This document shows, piece after piece, positions 7,766 to 19,800 of a stretch of DNA of 64,000 bases. Location of the stretch: the IMG/VR virus record IMGVR_UViG_3300021400_000042. One strand, given 5' to 3'. How positions within the stretch are numbered: the first letter of the stretch is position 1; each line of letters opens with the position of its first letter. Origin of the DNA: a virus. The position numbers and the translations under genes were made by a program. A model generated the notes under the pieces. It saw only the letters and a list, made by a program, of their open reading frames with translations, ran no database searches and was not told the origin of the DNA.

Positions 7766-10700
7766 ATGGCTGGAAAGAGCGACGGCTCTATAACGATTGA
7801 TACAAAACTGGATAATAGCGGTTTTTCCAGAGGATCGGATGAGCTGAAGCACGCCGTCAAGTCCCTGACAGATCAGGTGAACGAGACTGGAAGTAAGATC
7901 CAGAATGCGTTCAAGTTTGATTTTGGGCAGCCCAAACAGGCTGTCAATTCATTCTCACGAGCAATTAAGCAGGTCAATGATGAAATTCAGAGTCTTGGAG
8001 AGCTTGGACAGAGAGCGCTGGAAGGTGATGCGGATGCACTGGCACGGTTCCGGTCTGAAAGCGGGGAAACCCTGAGTAAGCTGGAAGAAATGAAGGCTGA
8101 ACTGGAAAAGTTCGGCAGTACGGAATTCATGACACCGGAATACGCGAAAGCTGCGGACCAGTACCAGAAAGCAGCTACACAGGTGGATGAACTGGCAAAG
8201 TCCCTGGAAAATGCAGAAGCCGCCTTTGAACAGCTGACAAATGATTTTGGCAGCTCCGAAGAATATACGGCACTGGAAGACCGGATAGATGTCCTGAAGA
8301 TGTATCAGAAGGAATACGAAGCTGCTATGAAGCGCGGTGACAGCGGCGCGGCAGCACAGGCCTTCATGAATTCAGGTGTGGGAAAAGGGACGATTGCGGA
8401 TGCGGTAAAAGAAGCAGAAGCAGAAATGCAGAAGCTCTGGGATAAGTTTGAAAACTCCACTCCGTACAGATCAGCTCAGAAAGAGATTGATAAGATCACG
8501 GCAAAACTGGAACAGGCGAAAGCACAGGCTGAACAGTATAAAGCCGAAATGGACGCGACTCCGGCAACGTTTGAAGGGTATGCGTCTACAGAGTATGAAA
8601 GAGATCAGGCCGCACTGGAAAGAACGATTGACCGGCTCCTGGAATACAGGCAGCTTGTCAGAGAAGGCGTAGGAAGCGACACAGCACCGTCGGCAGAATG
8701 GCAGGCGGTACAGGAACGTTGGCAAAACATGACTACCATGAGCGGTCTTATCCGTAATGCCTTTACCAGTCTTTTCAGCACGATTACAAGCGGAGCGCGT
8801 ACCGTAGGAAGCGCACTCAGCACGGGTATTACTCATCCGATTCAGCTTGTAGATCGTGCGCTTGGCGGCGTTGCTGTGGGTGCATGGAAAGCAGTTTCTT
8901 CCCTTGGAAGGCTTGCCGGCAATGCGATTGTAAGCGGCATTCAGAGGATAGCGAGTGCCGCGAGACAGGCAGCCGTACACCTGGCGGGAATGGCGAAAAG
9001 TGCCATCACGAACGGTCTGAAGAAGCTGGGTAACGCGATTGCCAATGTCGGAAAGAAATCAAAGAGTACAAACGTTTCTCTTTCCGGCGGATTTAAAACT
9101 ATGTTGAAGTACGGACTGGGTATTCGTTCCATGTTCGTACTTTTTAATAAATTGAGAAATGCAATCAAAGAGGGATTCGGCGCACTGGCAGAACAGGATG
9201 CAGCGTTCGGTCAGACCGTGAATAACTTCAAAGCAGCTCTCACAAACCTGAAAATGAGTTTTGCAGCGGCATTCGCTCCGATTGCAGAGACGGTATTGCC
9301 CATACTGACAAACCTCATCAATACACTGGCAACAGCAATATCGAAAATAGGTCAGCTTGTGGCGGCGCTGTCGGGGAAAACGACCTATAAAAGAGCGATC
9401 ACTTCTCAGGCGGCTATGGCCGATAACACTTCAAACGCGGCAGACGCGATGAAGGATGAATCGAAGGCCGCAAAGGAAGCACAGAAAACACTGGCCGGTT
9501 TTGATGACGTGGAAATCCTTCATGATAATTCGTCAAATCTGGATCAGGGACAGACAGCCGGGAACGGTGGCGGTGGTGGTTTTGAAGAACTGCCGATTGA
9601 CAGTAAATTCGCGGACCTTGCAAAGAAGCTCAAAGACATGTGGAAGAATGCAGATTTCACAGAGCTTGGCCGGATGCTTGGACAAGGGTTAAAAGATGCC
9701 CTGGATAAGATCCCGTGGGATTACATCAAACAGGTAGCGGCGAAACTGGGAAAGAGCATAGCTACACTGTTCAACGGCTTTCTGGAAGTGCCGGGACTGT
9801 TTACGACGATTGGAAAGACAATCGGAGAAGGTATCAATACGATATTTGAATTCCTGGATGCGTTCGCCTCTAACTTCCATTGGGCAAGTCTCGGACAGGC
9901 TATCAAAGATGCGATCCTCGGAATGCTCAATACGATTGACTGGCCGCTGATTTATCACACCATGGCAACATTCGGTGAGGGTATCGGGACAGCGCTTGAA
10001 ACAGCACTGAATAATCCGGAGATATGGACAGCCATATTCACGGCAGTCAGTAACGGCTTGAATTCGATTGTGTACGGTATTGATGCATTTCTGAAAGCAG
10101 TGAACTGGGGTGAGCTTGGCGCGAACATTGGAACCGGCCTGAATGCCGGCGTAGAGGCCTTTGATTGGAGCGCACTGTCACAGACGTTGATAGATCTGAT
10201 AAACGGCGCATTCGATCTGTGGTACAACTTTGTGACCACATTCGATTTTTATAAATTCGGGTCTCATATTGGTACAGCCCTGTCCGATGCAGTAAAGGGT
10301 ATCAACTGGACTGAGGGCGGTGCAAGCGTCGCACAGACGATTAACGGCCTGTTTGAAGCTCTGAATGGGTTTATACAGTCTACAGACTGGAAAGCCCTTG
10401 GAGCGGCGGTTATCGATGCCATAGGCGGCTTTTTCGGTGAGATTGACTGGGGAACCATGGCGGAAACGCTGTCCAGTGCGGCGATAGGCCTGTTGGATGC
10501 CCTCACAGGTGCATTTCAGGAAGTTGACTGGAAAGCGCTGCCCGGACAGATTACAGAGGCAATTAAGACGTTCCTGACAGAATTTGACTGGGCGGGAGTC
10601 GCAACGGCAGCAGGTGAACTGATCGGAGCGGCATTCACAGCACTGATTGAAGTCGGCGGGGAACTGTGGGAGTCCATGAAATCTGTCGGTAAGAACATCA

Positions 10701-12646
10701 TGGAAGGAGGTTTTCAGGGTATTATAGATGCCCTGGCAAGTGTCGGTGAATGGATAAAGACAAACATCTTCGATCCGTTCATTACCGGGTTTAAGACCGC
10801 GTTTGGTATTGAATCACCTTCTACGGAGATGATGCCGCTTGGCGGTTACATCATCGCAGGTATGCTGCAGGGTATTATCGACGGCCTTGTAAATATCGGG
10901 ACCTGGATCAAAACAAATATCGTGGATCCGTTCGTATCCGGCGTGAAGAGTATGTTCGGTCTGGACGGTGAGGAGTCCGTTCTGGTAAGCGTCGGTAAAG
11001 ACCTGATTGCCGGCCTGAAAGCCGGTATCGGGGCAGTCATGACCGGTATCAGCGATTGGATCAAAACTGTTATCGTGGATCCGTTTGTATCCGGTGTGAA
11101 AAGCATGTTCGGTCTGGATGGTGAAGAATCCGTGCTTGTCAGTGTTGGTAAAAACCTTCTGGAAGGTCTGAAGAACGGTCTGCTTGGAGCAATGGACGGT
11201 ATCGGTGATTGGATCGGTACGAATATTACCGGCCCTATCTGCGGATTCTTTAAGGACCTGTTCGGAATTGCCAGCCCGTCAACTGTATTCTCTGAATACG
11301 GTGGTTTCCTGCTTGCCGGTCTGAAAAACGGTCTGCTTGCGGCAATGGATGGTATCGGTGATTGGATTAGCACAAACGTAACCGGCCCCATCTGCGGATT
11401 TTTCAAAGATTTGTTCGGTATTAACAGCCCGTCAACCGTGTTCAATGAATACGGCGGATACCTTATGCAAGGTCTGGAAGGCGGTATTGACGAGAATAAA
11501 GAGCTTCCGAAAACAGCTCTGTCAAATGCTCAGACTTCCATGGAAACGGTATTCAGCGCACAGAAACAACTGCTTGCATGGGCGCAGGTCGGTAGCAACG
11601 TGATGTCCCTCGGATTAAGAGCAGGTATCCTGCTGAAGACACCGGCTGTCCTGGCCACAATCACTAAGCTGGAAGACGATATGCGAAAGGTCATCACAAA
11701 ACAGTTCAATACCTGGAAAACAGCGGCGGGAACACTGCTTGACAATTTTAAGAACGGATTGACCGGGAAACAGGCAACACTGATAACAACAGTCAATACG
11801 ATTATTACTGCACTGAAGACAAAAATTGATAGCTTCAAATCTCAGCTGAATAATTCCGGACGTGATCTGATGACGGATCTGCAGAATGGGATGAACAGCA
11901 TGAGCGGCAGCATCTCTTCTTCAGCAAGTAATATAGCAACCGGAATACATAACAGCTTCAATAACCAGAACTGGAATAATCTTGGGTACAACATCGGGAT
12001 GGGTATTTATAACGGTCTGGTATCTTCCGGAAGCTGGCTGTCTACGCTTGCATGGAATACAGCTGTAAACATGTACAATTCGGCTTGTCGCGCCTTGGGG
12101 ATTGCATCACCTTCCAAAGAATTTGCATGGATTGGTGAAATGATTACCAGAGGTCTGGGCGGCGGAATTGAGGCTACACAGGACAATGCGGTGAGTGCGG
12201 TCACATCCCTGGCGGATGCCGTGACGCAGGAAGCAGAAGACAGCAATCCGATTATGCACATCGATACGGCCGTGAATGGGATAGACAGTGTGCTTTCCAC
12301 ATTCTCTGACAAGGTAGTACAGAGCTTTGATGCGATGATCTCTGCAATGGAGAGTATTGTAAATGGCTCTTCTCTCACACTGCCTGCAATGGCAAACGGC
12401 TCTGTAATGCCGTATTCTGCCCGTAGGAGCGCTTCGCAGGATGAGGGGGATAAACTATCGTCCCTCATCGAAACACTGGCACAGCGGGACGCTGACAGGC
12501 TCACACGGGATGATCTGAGTGAAGTCCTTATCAATGTACTCAGGCAGTATTTGAACATTGATTTTTACATCGGTGATGAACAAATTGCAAGACACGCGAA
12601 CGCGGGAAACGCAAAACTGAATCGCCGGTACAGTACAGCAACATAA
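7766..12646 (+). CDS. tape measure protein
   Basis: 1626 aa with a coiled-coil N-terminus, hydrophobic Gly/Ala-rich segments and internal tandem repeats. Position is canonical. Confidence 0.9.
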   Translation: MAGKSDGSITIDTKLDNSGFSRGSDELKHAVKSLTDQVNETGSKIQNAFKFDFGQPKQAVNSFSRAIKQVNDEIQSLGELGQRALEGDADALARFRSESGETLSKLEEMKAELEKFGSTEFMTPEYAKAADQYQKAATQVDELAKSLENAEAAFEQLTNDFGSSEEYTALEDRIDVLKMYQKEYEAAMKRGDSGAAAQAFMNSGVGKGTIADAVKEAEAEMQKLWDKFENSTPYRSAQKEIDKITAKLEQAKAQAEQYKAEMDATPATFEGYASTEYERDQAALERTIDRLLEYRQLVREGVGSDTAPSAEWQAVQERWQNMTTMSGLIRNAFTSLFSTITSGARTVGSALSTGITHPIQLVDRALGGVAVGAWKAVSSLGRLAGNAIVSGIQRIASAARQAAVHLAGMAKSAITNGLKKLGNAIANVGKKSKSTNVSLSGGFKTMLKYGLGIRSMFVLFNKLRNAIKEGFGALAEQDAAFGQTVNNFKAALTNLKMSFAAAFAPIAETVLPILTNLINTLATAISKIGQLVAALSGKTTYKRAITSQAAMADNTSNAADAMKDESKAAKEAQKTLAGFDDVEILHDNSSNLDQGQTAGNGGGGGFEELPIDSKFADLAKKLKDMWKNADFTELGRMLGQGLKDALDKIPWDYIKQVAAKLGKSIATLFNGFLEVPGLFTTIGKTIGEGINTIFEFLDAFASNFHWASLGQAIKDAILGMLNTIDWPLIYHTMATFGEGIGTALETALNNPEIWTAIFTAVSNGLNSIVYGIDAFLKAVNWGELGANIGTGLNAGVEAFDWSALSQTLIDLINGAFDLWYNFVTTFDFYKFGSHIGTALSDAVKGINWTEGGASVAQTINGLFEALNGFIQSTDWKALGAAVIDAIGGFFGEIDWGTMAETLSSAAIGLLDALTGAFQEVDWKALPGQITEAIKTFLTEFDWAGVATAAGELIGAAFTALIEVGGELWESMKSVGKNIMEGGFQGIIDALASVGEWIKTNIFDPFITGFKTAFGIESPSTEMMPLGGYIIAGMLQGIIDGLVNIGTWIKTNIVDPFVSGVKSMFGLDGEESVLVSVGKDLIAGLKAGIGAVMTGISDWIKTVIVDPFVSGVKSMFGLDGEESVLVSVGKNLLEGLKNGLLGAMDGIGDWIGTNITGPICGFFKDLFGIASPSTVFSEYGGFLLAGLKNGLLAAMDGIGDWISTNVTGPICGFFKDLFGINSPSTVFNEYGGYLMQGLEGGIDENKELPKTALSNAQTSMETVFSAQKQLLAWAQVGSNVMSLGLRAGILLKTPAVLATITKLEDDMRKVITKQFNTWKTAAGTLLDNFKNGLTGKQATLITTVNTIITALKTKIDSFKSQLNNSGRDLMTDLQNGMNSMSGSISSSASNIATGIHNSFNNQNWNNLGYNIGMGIYNGLVSSGSWLSTLAWNTAVNMYNSACRALGIASPSKEFAWIGEMITRGLGGGIEATQDNAVSAVTSLADAVTQEAEDSNPIMHIDTAVNGIDSVLSTFSDKVVQSFDAMISAMESIVNGSSLTLPAMANGSVMPYSARRSASQDEGDKLSSLIETLAQRDADRLTRDDLSEVLINVLRQYLNIDFYIGDEQIARHANAGNAKLNRRYSTAT
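10742..11480 (+). repeat. about five tandem ~45-50-aa repeats inside the tape measure (W-I-x-T-N-I-x-x-P-F/I…G-L-K-x-G)
   Basis: Two near-identical pairs are visible in the translation (WIKTNIVDPFVSGVKSMFGLDGEESVLVSVGK twice; WIGTNITGPICGFFKDLFGI.SPSTVF.EYGG twice). Confidence 0.85.
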
Positions 12647-12658
12647 GGAGGCAGGCGA

Positions 12659-13030
12659 ATGGCGTTCAAAAATCCTTTTAAGGTTGACGGGGTGGTTTTA
12701 CCCACCCCGGATGAATATAAGCCGGGAATTGAAGATCTGTCTTCTGAAGCAACCGGCAGAACTCTGGACGGTATCATGCACAAGGACGTTGTTTCCACAA
12801 AGGACTATTACGAGTTTGTGTGGAAGGTCGTTTCATGGGCGGATGCCGCAAAGATATTCAATGCAGTGGACGGAAAGACGCAGGTGACACTTACCTATGC
12901 GGATCCCCGGACACCAAACAGATTTCTGACCAACACATTCTATGTCGGAAAACGGAGTTGTTCGGCTTTGAATCTGAATGATCCGGTTCGTACCTGGAAG
13001 GACGTATCTCTGACATTCACAAGAATTTAA
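12659..13030 (+). CDS. small distal-tail-like protein
   Basis: Synteny only: first gene after the tape measure. Confidence 0.35.
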   Translation: MAFKNPFKVDGVVLPTPDEYKPGIEDLSSEATGRTLDGIMHKDVVSTKDYYEFVWKVVSWADAAKIFNAVDGKTQVTLTYADPRTPNRFLTNTFYVGKRSCSALNLNDPVRTWKDVSLTFTRI

Positions 13031-13043
13031 GGAGGTCGCACAG

Positions 13044-15263
13044 GTGATAAATCTTTCAAGAGCTTTCCGGCAGGAGCTTTTTTACAACAGAAGAAATTAT
13101 CTCACCTATGCGGATATTACTCTGTCAACCGGAAGAACATTGTCCCTGACCAATACACAGATATGGTCCGGTGGTTTTTCAACAGAGGATGCCGTATCGG
13201 AGGATAATTCTTTTACGGCCCTCGGTTCAACAATCATGGGAGCGGCAACGCTGGTCATAAACAATATGACAGAGGCCTATTCCAATTATGATTTCACCAA
13301 TGCAAAGGTTGTCCTTTATGTGGGTATGACCTTCAAAGTCAATGGATCCACCCGGACAGAGAAAATCAAAAAGGGAACCTATACCGTTGATGAAACGAGC
13401 TATAACGGTGGTACAATCACGCTCTCCCTGCTGGATTACATGGAGCAGTTTGACCGGCCGTACAGCAACAGTACATTGAGCTATCCTAATACTTTGGATG
13501 CCATTGTCAGGGATGCCTGTAATAAATGCGGTGTATCCCTGAATACCTATACTTTCCCGCATAGAGATTATGTGGTTCAAAATAGACCGGAGGATGAAGC
13601 AATCACCTTCCGGGAGGTCATCGGCTGGGCGGCCTGTATCGCCGGGTGCTTTGCCAGATGCAATGTTGATGGAAAACTGGAACTGAAATGGTTCGATCAG
13701 ACTACACTGGAAAGCCGCACAAATGTCATTGACGGTGGCAGGTCCTTCAGTTCTTCCGGAACGCTGATTGATGGCGGCGGGTTTGATACTGATTATGATG
13801 TTATCGACGGCGGCAATCTGGCAGACGATGACGGGATGCATTATGTCCATTCTCTGTATTCTCAGGATATCAGTGTAGACGATGTGGTCATTACTGGGGT
13901 CCATATTACGGTTAAAGATGAGACAGAAGAAGGGAAGTCTTCTACAAAGGAATTCAATTCCGGGCGAAAGGGTTATGTAATTGGGATTGAAAACAATGAT
14001 TTCATTACACCTGAAACCGGACAGGAGGTTGCGAACTGGTTAGGGGAGCAGCTGATTGGTCTGACCTTCCGGAAGGCTTCCGTTACACATGCCAGTGATC
14101 CTTCCATGGAGGCCGGTGATATCGGGATCCTGTGGGACAGGAAAGACAATGAATATCCTGTCCTGATTACCCGGACAAACTTCTCTGCTACTGCTTCACA
14201 GAAAACGGTAAGCGGGGCGGAAACGCCTTCACGAAACAGTGCTACACGGTACGGGTGGCAGACAAAAAGCTATGTGGAGTCCAGGAAGCTGCTGAAGAAG
14301 GAACAGACTACCAGAGAAGCCATGCTGAAAGATCTTGCCGATAAACTGGCAGCTCATTCCGGTCTGTATTCTACGGTTGAAACACAGTCGGACGGCAGCA
14401 GCATTTTCTACCTTCACGATATGCCTACTTTGAATGAGTCCGCGATTGTCTGGAAAATGACAAAAGAGGCCTGGGGCGTAACGACGAATTACAACAAGGG
14501 TAAAAATACAGTATGGAACGGCGGCATGACCGTTGACGGTGATACTATCGTTCGTATTCTTACAGCTGTCGGCGTGGACGCGGACTGGATCAATACCGGA
14601 AAGATACAGTCAAAAGACGGGTCTGTATCAATCGATCTGGACAAGAACACGATCAACCTGAAGGGTATCACTTCCTTTGATGGGTTTGAGACAAAGGACA
14701 ATCTGAAGACTGCCGGCAAAACCACGATCAACGGCGCGAATATCACAACCGGGTCCATAAAGGACGCAAACAGTAACACGGTATTCAATCTGTCAACCGG
14801 TTCCCTGACAATGAAGAAAGGAAGCATTGAACTGGGAACTCGATTTAAAGTAGACAGTAATGGTTATCTTACGGCTGAATCAGTTGACCTTAAAGGCCAT
14901 TTTCGGAGTGTTTCAGGAAGTACCTTTACAGAAATATATAATGGTCAATTCCGCGCCGGTACTACCAATGGTAGCTACGATACTTTGCACGGTGTTATTG
15001 ATGCAGATGCAAACTATAGCGGCGGAACACATGCCGTTTCAGTAATTGCAAAAACGGGTTTTTTGGTCCTTGGAGGAAATGGGACAATCTGGTTTACAGA
15101 TCAAACCGGATCCGGAAATGCATGGGGCTGGGCAAACAGTAATGGTCTGCATTCAAAAGGTGGATTAAGCGTAAGCAGTATTGCCATTCCTACCGCTTTT
15201 GATAGCGAAGGCAAAGCGGTAAGTTGGTATACCGGATACATAGATGACGGCATTATCAAATAG
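13044..15263 (+). CDS. tail-associated (Tal / prophage tail endopeptidase-like) baseplate protein
   Basis: 739-aa ORF with a GTG start, second gene after the tape measure. Size and position are typical. Confidence 0.55.
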   Translation: MINLSRAFRQELFYNRRNYLTYADITLSTGRTLSLTNTQIWSGGFSTEDAVSEDNSFTALGSTIMGAATLVINNMTEAYSNYDFTNAKVVLYVGMTFKVNGSTRTEKIKKGTYTVDETSYNGGTITLSLLDYMEQFDRPYSNSTLSYPNTLDAIVRDACNKCGVSLNTYTFPHRDYVVQNRPEDEAITFREVIGWAACIAGCFARCNVDGKLELKWFDQTTLESRTNVIDGGRSFSSSGTLIDGGGFDTDYDVIDGGNLADDDGMHYVHSLYSQDISVDDVVITGVHITVKDETEEGKSSTKEFNSGRKGYVIGIENNDFITPETGQEVANWLGEQLIGLTFRKASVTHASDPSMEAGDIGILWDRKDNEYPVLITRTNFSATASQKTVSGAETPSRNSATRYGWQTKSYVESRKLLKKEQTTREAMLKDLADKLAAHSGLYSTVETQSDGSSIFYLHDMPTLNESAIVWKMTKEAWGVTTNYNKGKNTVWNGGMTVDGDTIVRILTAVGVDADWINTGKIQSKDGSVSIDLDKNTINLKGITSFDGFETKDNLKTAGKTTINGANITTGSIKDANSNTVFNLSTGSLTMKKGSIELGTRFKVDSNGYLTAESVDLKGHFRSVSGSTFTEIYNGQFRAGTTNGSYDTLHGVIDADANYSGGTHAVSVIAKTGFLVLGGNGTIWFTDQTGSGNAWGWANSNGLHSKGGLSVSSIAIPTAFDSEGKAVSWYTGYIDDGIIK

Positions 15264-15268
15264 GAGGC

Positions 15269-15481
15269 ATGATGACGTACATTACAGTTTTAAACGGAGT
15301 AGAAACCATTATCACAAAAGATCAGCAAATGTACGATTGTATCAAACAAAATGGGGAGATCTATTCTATAGATGATGATGGGAGCAGAACGTTAATTGCA
15401 AACGGAAAAGAAGGTTTTCTTCGTGGAAGACCTGGTTTTCCGGTATATCCGACACATAGAAAGAAAACGGAGGACGAATAA
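15269..15481 (+). CDS. hypothetical protein
   Basis: 70-aa ORF, tightly packed. Confidence 0.5.
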   Translation: MMTYITVLNGVETIITKDQQMYDCIKQNGEIYSIDDDGSRTLIANGKEGFLRGRPGFPVYPTHRKKTEDE

Positions 15482-15792
15482 TGGATATCGGAGATCTTTT
15501 AACAGCTGTAGAAAACCATATTTACAGTTTTGCCAAAAAACAGTTTGATATCAATAATATTTCCCCTTCCATGCAAAGGTTAATCATGGAGGCCGTTTTC
15601 AGCAAATTTCAGGCGGAAGCCATCGCAGAAATGATTCTCAATCAGATTTCGTATGAGGGAGAAGATACACCGGATAAACAGATCGATCAGACCAAAGAAA
15701 CAGTCGAAGACATGGTGGATACCTTGAGAGAGTTTTACAATAACGAGGAGGGAGAGAATGGCGGAACAGAAGATAGTTCAGCACAGGCGTGA
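15481..15792 (+). CDS. hypothetical protein
   Basis: 103-aa ORF with a TAATG overlap. Confidence 0.5.
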   Translation: MDIGDLLTAVENHIYSFAKKQFDINNISPSMQRLIMEAVFSKFQAEAIAEMILNQISYEGEDTPDKQIDQTKETVEDMVDTLREFYNNEEGENGGTEDSSAQA

Positions 15793-16438
15793 CATTTATT
15801 CCAACTTTGCCCCGTCGAAGATAAAGCCCGGTGAGATCATCATGATTACCAGCGGCGATCCGAATTCATCCAGTGGTAAATCGGTATACGCCTGTATCGC
15901 TGCCGGTGATGTGATGCAGTTGGCTACACGGGACGAACTGAAGACTTACGATCAGGCAGCACAGACAGCGGCGGAAGCGGCGGCACAATCCAAAACGGAT
16001 GCAGCCACAATCAAAGGTCAGATCGATGAAGAACTGACATCTGCACAGAACGCAGCACAGGCGGCAGCTGAACAGGCAGAGGCCGCAGCGCAGGCGAATG
16101 GTCAAATCGCGGAGAAGACCACAGCTGCACAGAAAGCAGCAGAGGACGCGCAGGCTGCCCTTGAAAGTGTTCAGACAAAAGCAGCGGATATCGAGGACAT
16201 TCTGGTTCATAACTCCCATACAATCGAAACAGGGGACGGCGCTACAGATGAAAACGGGAGCGTTTACATTTATCTGAGTGATTACTTCAAGGAAATCCTT
16301 GGAGAAGGTCAAACAGGATATAGGGTTTTCCTTCAGGAAGAAGGAGAAGGCAAGGTGTATGTCAGTGAAAAGACAGACACCTTTTTTGTTGTATCCGGTA
16401 CAGAGAGCCTTGCGTTCTCTTGGATGATAATTCTCTAA
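15758..16438 (+). CDS. hypothetical tail-fibre-associated protein (Ala/Gln-rich coiled coil)
   Basis: 226-aa ORF within the tail-fibre gene run. Confidence 0.5.
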   Translation: MAEQKIVQHRRDIYSNFAPSKIKPGEIIMITSGDPNSSSGKSVYACIAAGDVMQLATRDELKTYDQAAQTAAEAAAQSKTDAATIKGQIDEELTSAQNAAQAAAEQAEAAAQANGQIAEKTTAAQKAAEDAQAALESVQTKAADIEDILVHNSHTIETGDGATDENGSVYIYLSDYFKEILGEGQTGYRVFLQEEGEGKVYVSEKTDTFFVVSGTESLAFSWMIIL

Positions 16439-16464
16439 AAGATTTTCAGGAAAGGAGAGGGCAA

Positions 16465-16809
16465 ATGGTTACACAGGAATTTGAACTGAGTGTCACGCCT
16501 ATTGGCAGTCCGCCTGTCATCCATCTGAATAAGGATGACGCGGATTTTCAGCTGATATTCAACATCGATTCCCGGTCAGGGAAGTTCACGATGGAGAATA
16601 ACACGTCTGCACAGATACGCGGAACAAAACCGGATGGAACAAAATTCCAGGCTTCCGGAACCGTGTCCGTAGCAAACAAAAGGGTAACTATCAACGGCGA
16701 TAAGAATATGACCAATGTTCCGGGTATCGGGATCTTTGAAATCTGTCTTATCCATGCAAGAAAGGAACTCTATACACAGAATTTCAAAGTGTGTATTGAG
16801 GATATTTAA
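16465..16809 (+). CDS. BppU N-terminal-like baseplate protein (paralog of the N-terminus of the next gene)
   Basis: MVTQEFELSVTP…IRGTKPDGTKFQASG…IFEICL parallels MIIHEFDLDMIP…VRGTKPDGNAYSAEA…IFEISL of the 2009-aa protein. RBS AGGAGAGGG lies before ATG 16465. Confidence 0.55.
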   Translation: MVTQEFELSVTPIGSPPVIHLNKDDADFQLIFNIDSRSGKFTMENNTSAQIRGTKPDGTKFQASGTVSVANKRVTINGDKNMTNVPGIGIFEICLIHARKELYTQNFKVCIEDI

Positions 16810-16838
16810 GCACATCACAAAGAAAGGAAGAAGGGCAA

Positions 16839-19800
16839 ATGATTATTCATGAATTTGATCTGGACATGATACCTGGTGGTAACGTGCCGTCAATCAGGGT
16901 GAATCAGTATGATGAAGATTTCAACCTGAAGATCAACCTGTTTTCCAGAAACGGGAATTTCTCTGTCCTCAGTGGCACAACCGCCCTGGTAAGAGGAACA
17001 AAGCCGGATGGAAATGCCTATTCTGCGGAAGCCTCCGTCAACGGGACCGTTGTTACCGTGACCGGAAATCAGCAGATCACAGCGGCAGCAGGCAGAGCGA
17101 TCTTTGAAATTTCCCTCCGCAGGAACGGAAGAGAACTGAATACGGCAAACTTTGTCATTGATATTGAGCAGGCGGCCATGGATAAGGATACCGTTGCATC
17201 CACGTCCGTTGTCAGAGAGCTTGTCGATATTATGGATAACTCTGAGGAAATCATCAATGCGGGTCAGCAGTATGAGAATTCTCAGAGGGCGATGGAGGAA
17301 CTGACTGCGAGATCTGAAGCGGCTGCTGAAACAGCAACCACGATGAAGACGCAGACGGAGGAAATCGCTACACAGACTGCTGAGAAATGGACAGAAGTCT
17401 CTGAACAGATGGACCGTAAATCTGCAGCTATCGCTACTCTGGTATCCAATGCGGATCAAGTGGCGGCAGAGGCATCTGAAAAGGCCGGCAATGCTCTGAA
17501 CGAGGCAGCGGAAGTATCCAACAGCCTTGAAGACATTCAGGGGAAAGTTACCGCTCTGGAACTGGGGCAGAACAACTATGTTGCGGATGGTTATGTGGAA
17601 GACGAAGAGGCCGTTTTTGTCGATAAGGACGGAAACGAGATGTTCCGTATTACGGGCATCGGCGGATCCGGCGGCGGTGGCGGAAGTTCTGACCAGACCG
17701 TGAAATCCCAGGTTACCATGGACAACATGACTGGATGGCTTTCCAAAACGATTGCTGCAGGTGCGGAATGCCCGGTATCCTTTGTATGGTCCTCCACGAT
17801 GGAAGGCATCCCGACCGGAAACGGCGTTGTCAGTGTGACTGTCAACAACGTGGTAAAGGCCACTATGGACGTTGCACAGGGAGCCGTAGAGATTGACCTG
17901 ACTCCGTACATGACTGCAAGCGTGAACCGTGTCGAAGTTCGTGTAACAGATATTGAGGGTCAGTACAAGAGGATCAATTACAGTATCACGATCATGCAGC
18001 TATCTCTCAGCTCCACATTCGACGTGGCCACACCGTATACCGGTGCTATCCCGTTCCCGTACACTCCGATTGGTGCGGTACAGAAGACCGTGCATTTCAT
18101 CCTGGATGGTACGGAAATCGGCACTCAGCAGACCTCCGTAACCGGCAGACAGATGACCTATACGATCCCGGCACAGGCCCACGGCGGCCACTCTATCAGA
18201 GTTTACTTTGAGGCAGAGATCAATGGTGAGACGGTGCGCTCCAATGAGCTGTACTATGAATTCACCTGCCTGGAAGCGATGAGCGATGAAGTCATCATCA
18301 CGAGTCCGTACAATCAGGCTACACAGCCGCAGTATACGTCCATCGCTATTCCGTTCACGGTTTACGATCCGGTATCCCCGACGGCCGAAGTCAAAATCTA
18401 TGCAAACGGTGAGCTGCTTTCTACTCAGACGGTTGACAGATCTGAACAGTCCTATACCTACAGGGCAACAGAGGCCGGTCCGCTGGTAATTGAGATCAAG
18501 AGCCATGAAACGACCAAAACCTTCAATATCGAGATCACCGAATCTGATGTCCATGCGGAAGCAGAGACGGAAAACCTTATGCTCTTCCTGTCTTCTCAGG
18601 GCAGAAGCAACAATGAGGAAAATCCGTGGACATGGGTTTCCAATGTTGGAGAGAACGATGTCAGTGCAGTTCTTTCCGGCTTCAATGGCGCGTCTGATGG
18701 ATGGCAGACCGATGAGAGCGGTATTACCTGCCTGCGCGTGACCGGCGGTGCAAGAGTCCAGATCCCGTATCAGATTTTTGCTGCTGACGCGAGAAGAACA
18801 GGTCTTACCTTTGAGATCGAGTATGCAACCAGAAACGTGTCTGATTACAACGCGACGATCCTTTCCTGCATGAATGGCGGCAGAGGACTTGAAATCACTC
18901 CGCAGAGAGCAACACTGAAGTCTGAACAGACCGAACTGTACATGCAGTACAAAGAGGGCGAACATATCCGCGTTGCCTATACCATCGGCAAGAGATCTGA
19001 AAACCGTCTGGTGAAGAGCTATATCGATGGTAAGATTGCGAGGGTTACACAGTATCCGGATGATGATGACTTTGCACAGGTAGCGCCCGTTGGAATTTCT
19101 ATCGGTTCCGATAACTGCACAATCGATATCTACTGCATCCGCGTATACACCAATGACCTTACCGCAAATCAGGTCATGGACAACTGGATTGCTGACACAC
19201 AGGACGGATCCCTGATGCTTGAAAGATATGCGAGGAACCAGATTTTCGATGCATATGGTCAGGTAGTTCCGGGACAGCTGCCGTCCAACCTTCCTTACAT
19301 GATTATCGAGTGCGAGGAGCTGCCGCAGTACAAGGGCGATAAGAAGACAGTGAATGTATCCTATACGGATCCGCTGTATCCGAGTCATTCCTTCACGGCA
19401 GAGAAGGTACAGGCGAACGTCCAGGGTACATCTTCCGCCCCGTATGCAGTGAAGAACCTTGACCTGCAGTTCAAGGGCGGCTTTGAGATGACCACAACCG
19501 GCCATTCCAAACTGTACAGACTGAGAGACGATTCCATGCCGACGGCAAGGTTCGTTCTGAAGGCTGACGTGGCCTCTTCCGAGTCCGCAAACAATACGCA
19601 GCTGGTAAGACTGTACAATGACCTTTGCCCGTATAAGACTCCGGAAATGGAGGAAGATGAGAGAGTCCGTTGGGGTATCGATGGTATCCAGATTGTCATG
19701 TTCTGGCGTGACACGGTGACCGGAGATCTGCACTTCAAGGGCAAATACAATTTCAACTTCCCGAAGAGGTTCCCGGAGGGGTACGGCTACACAGAGGATC

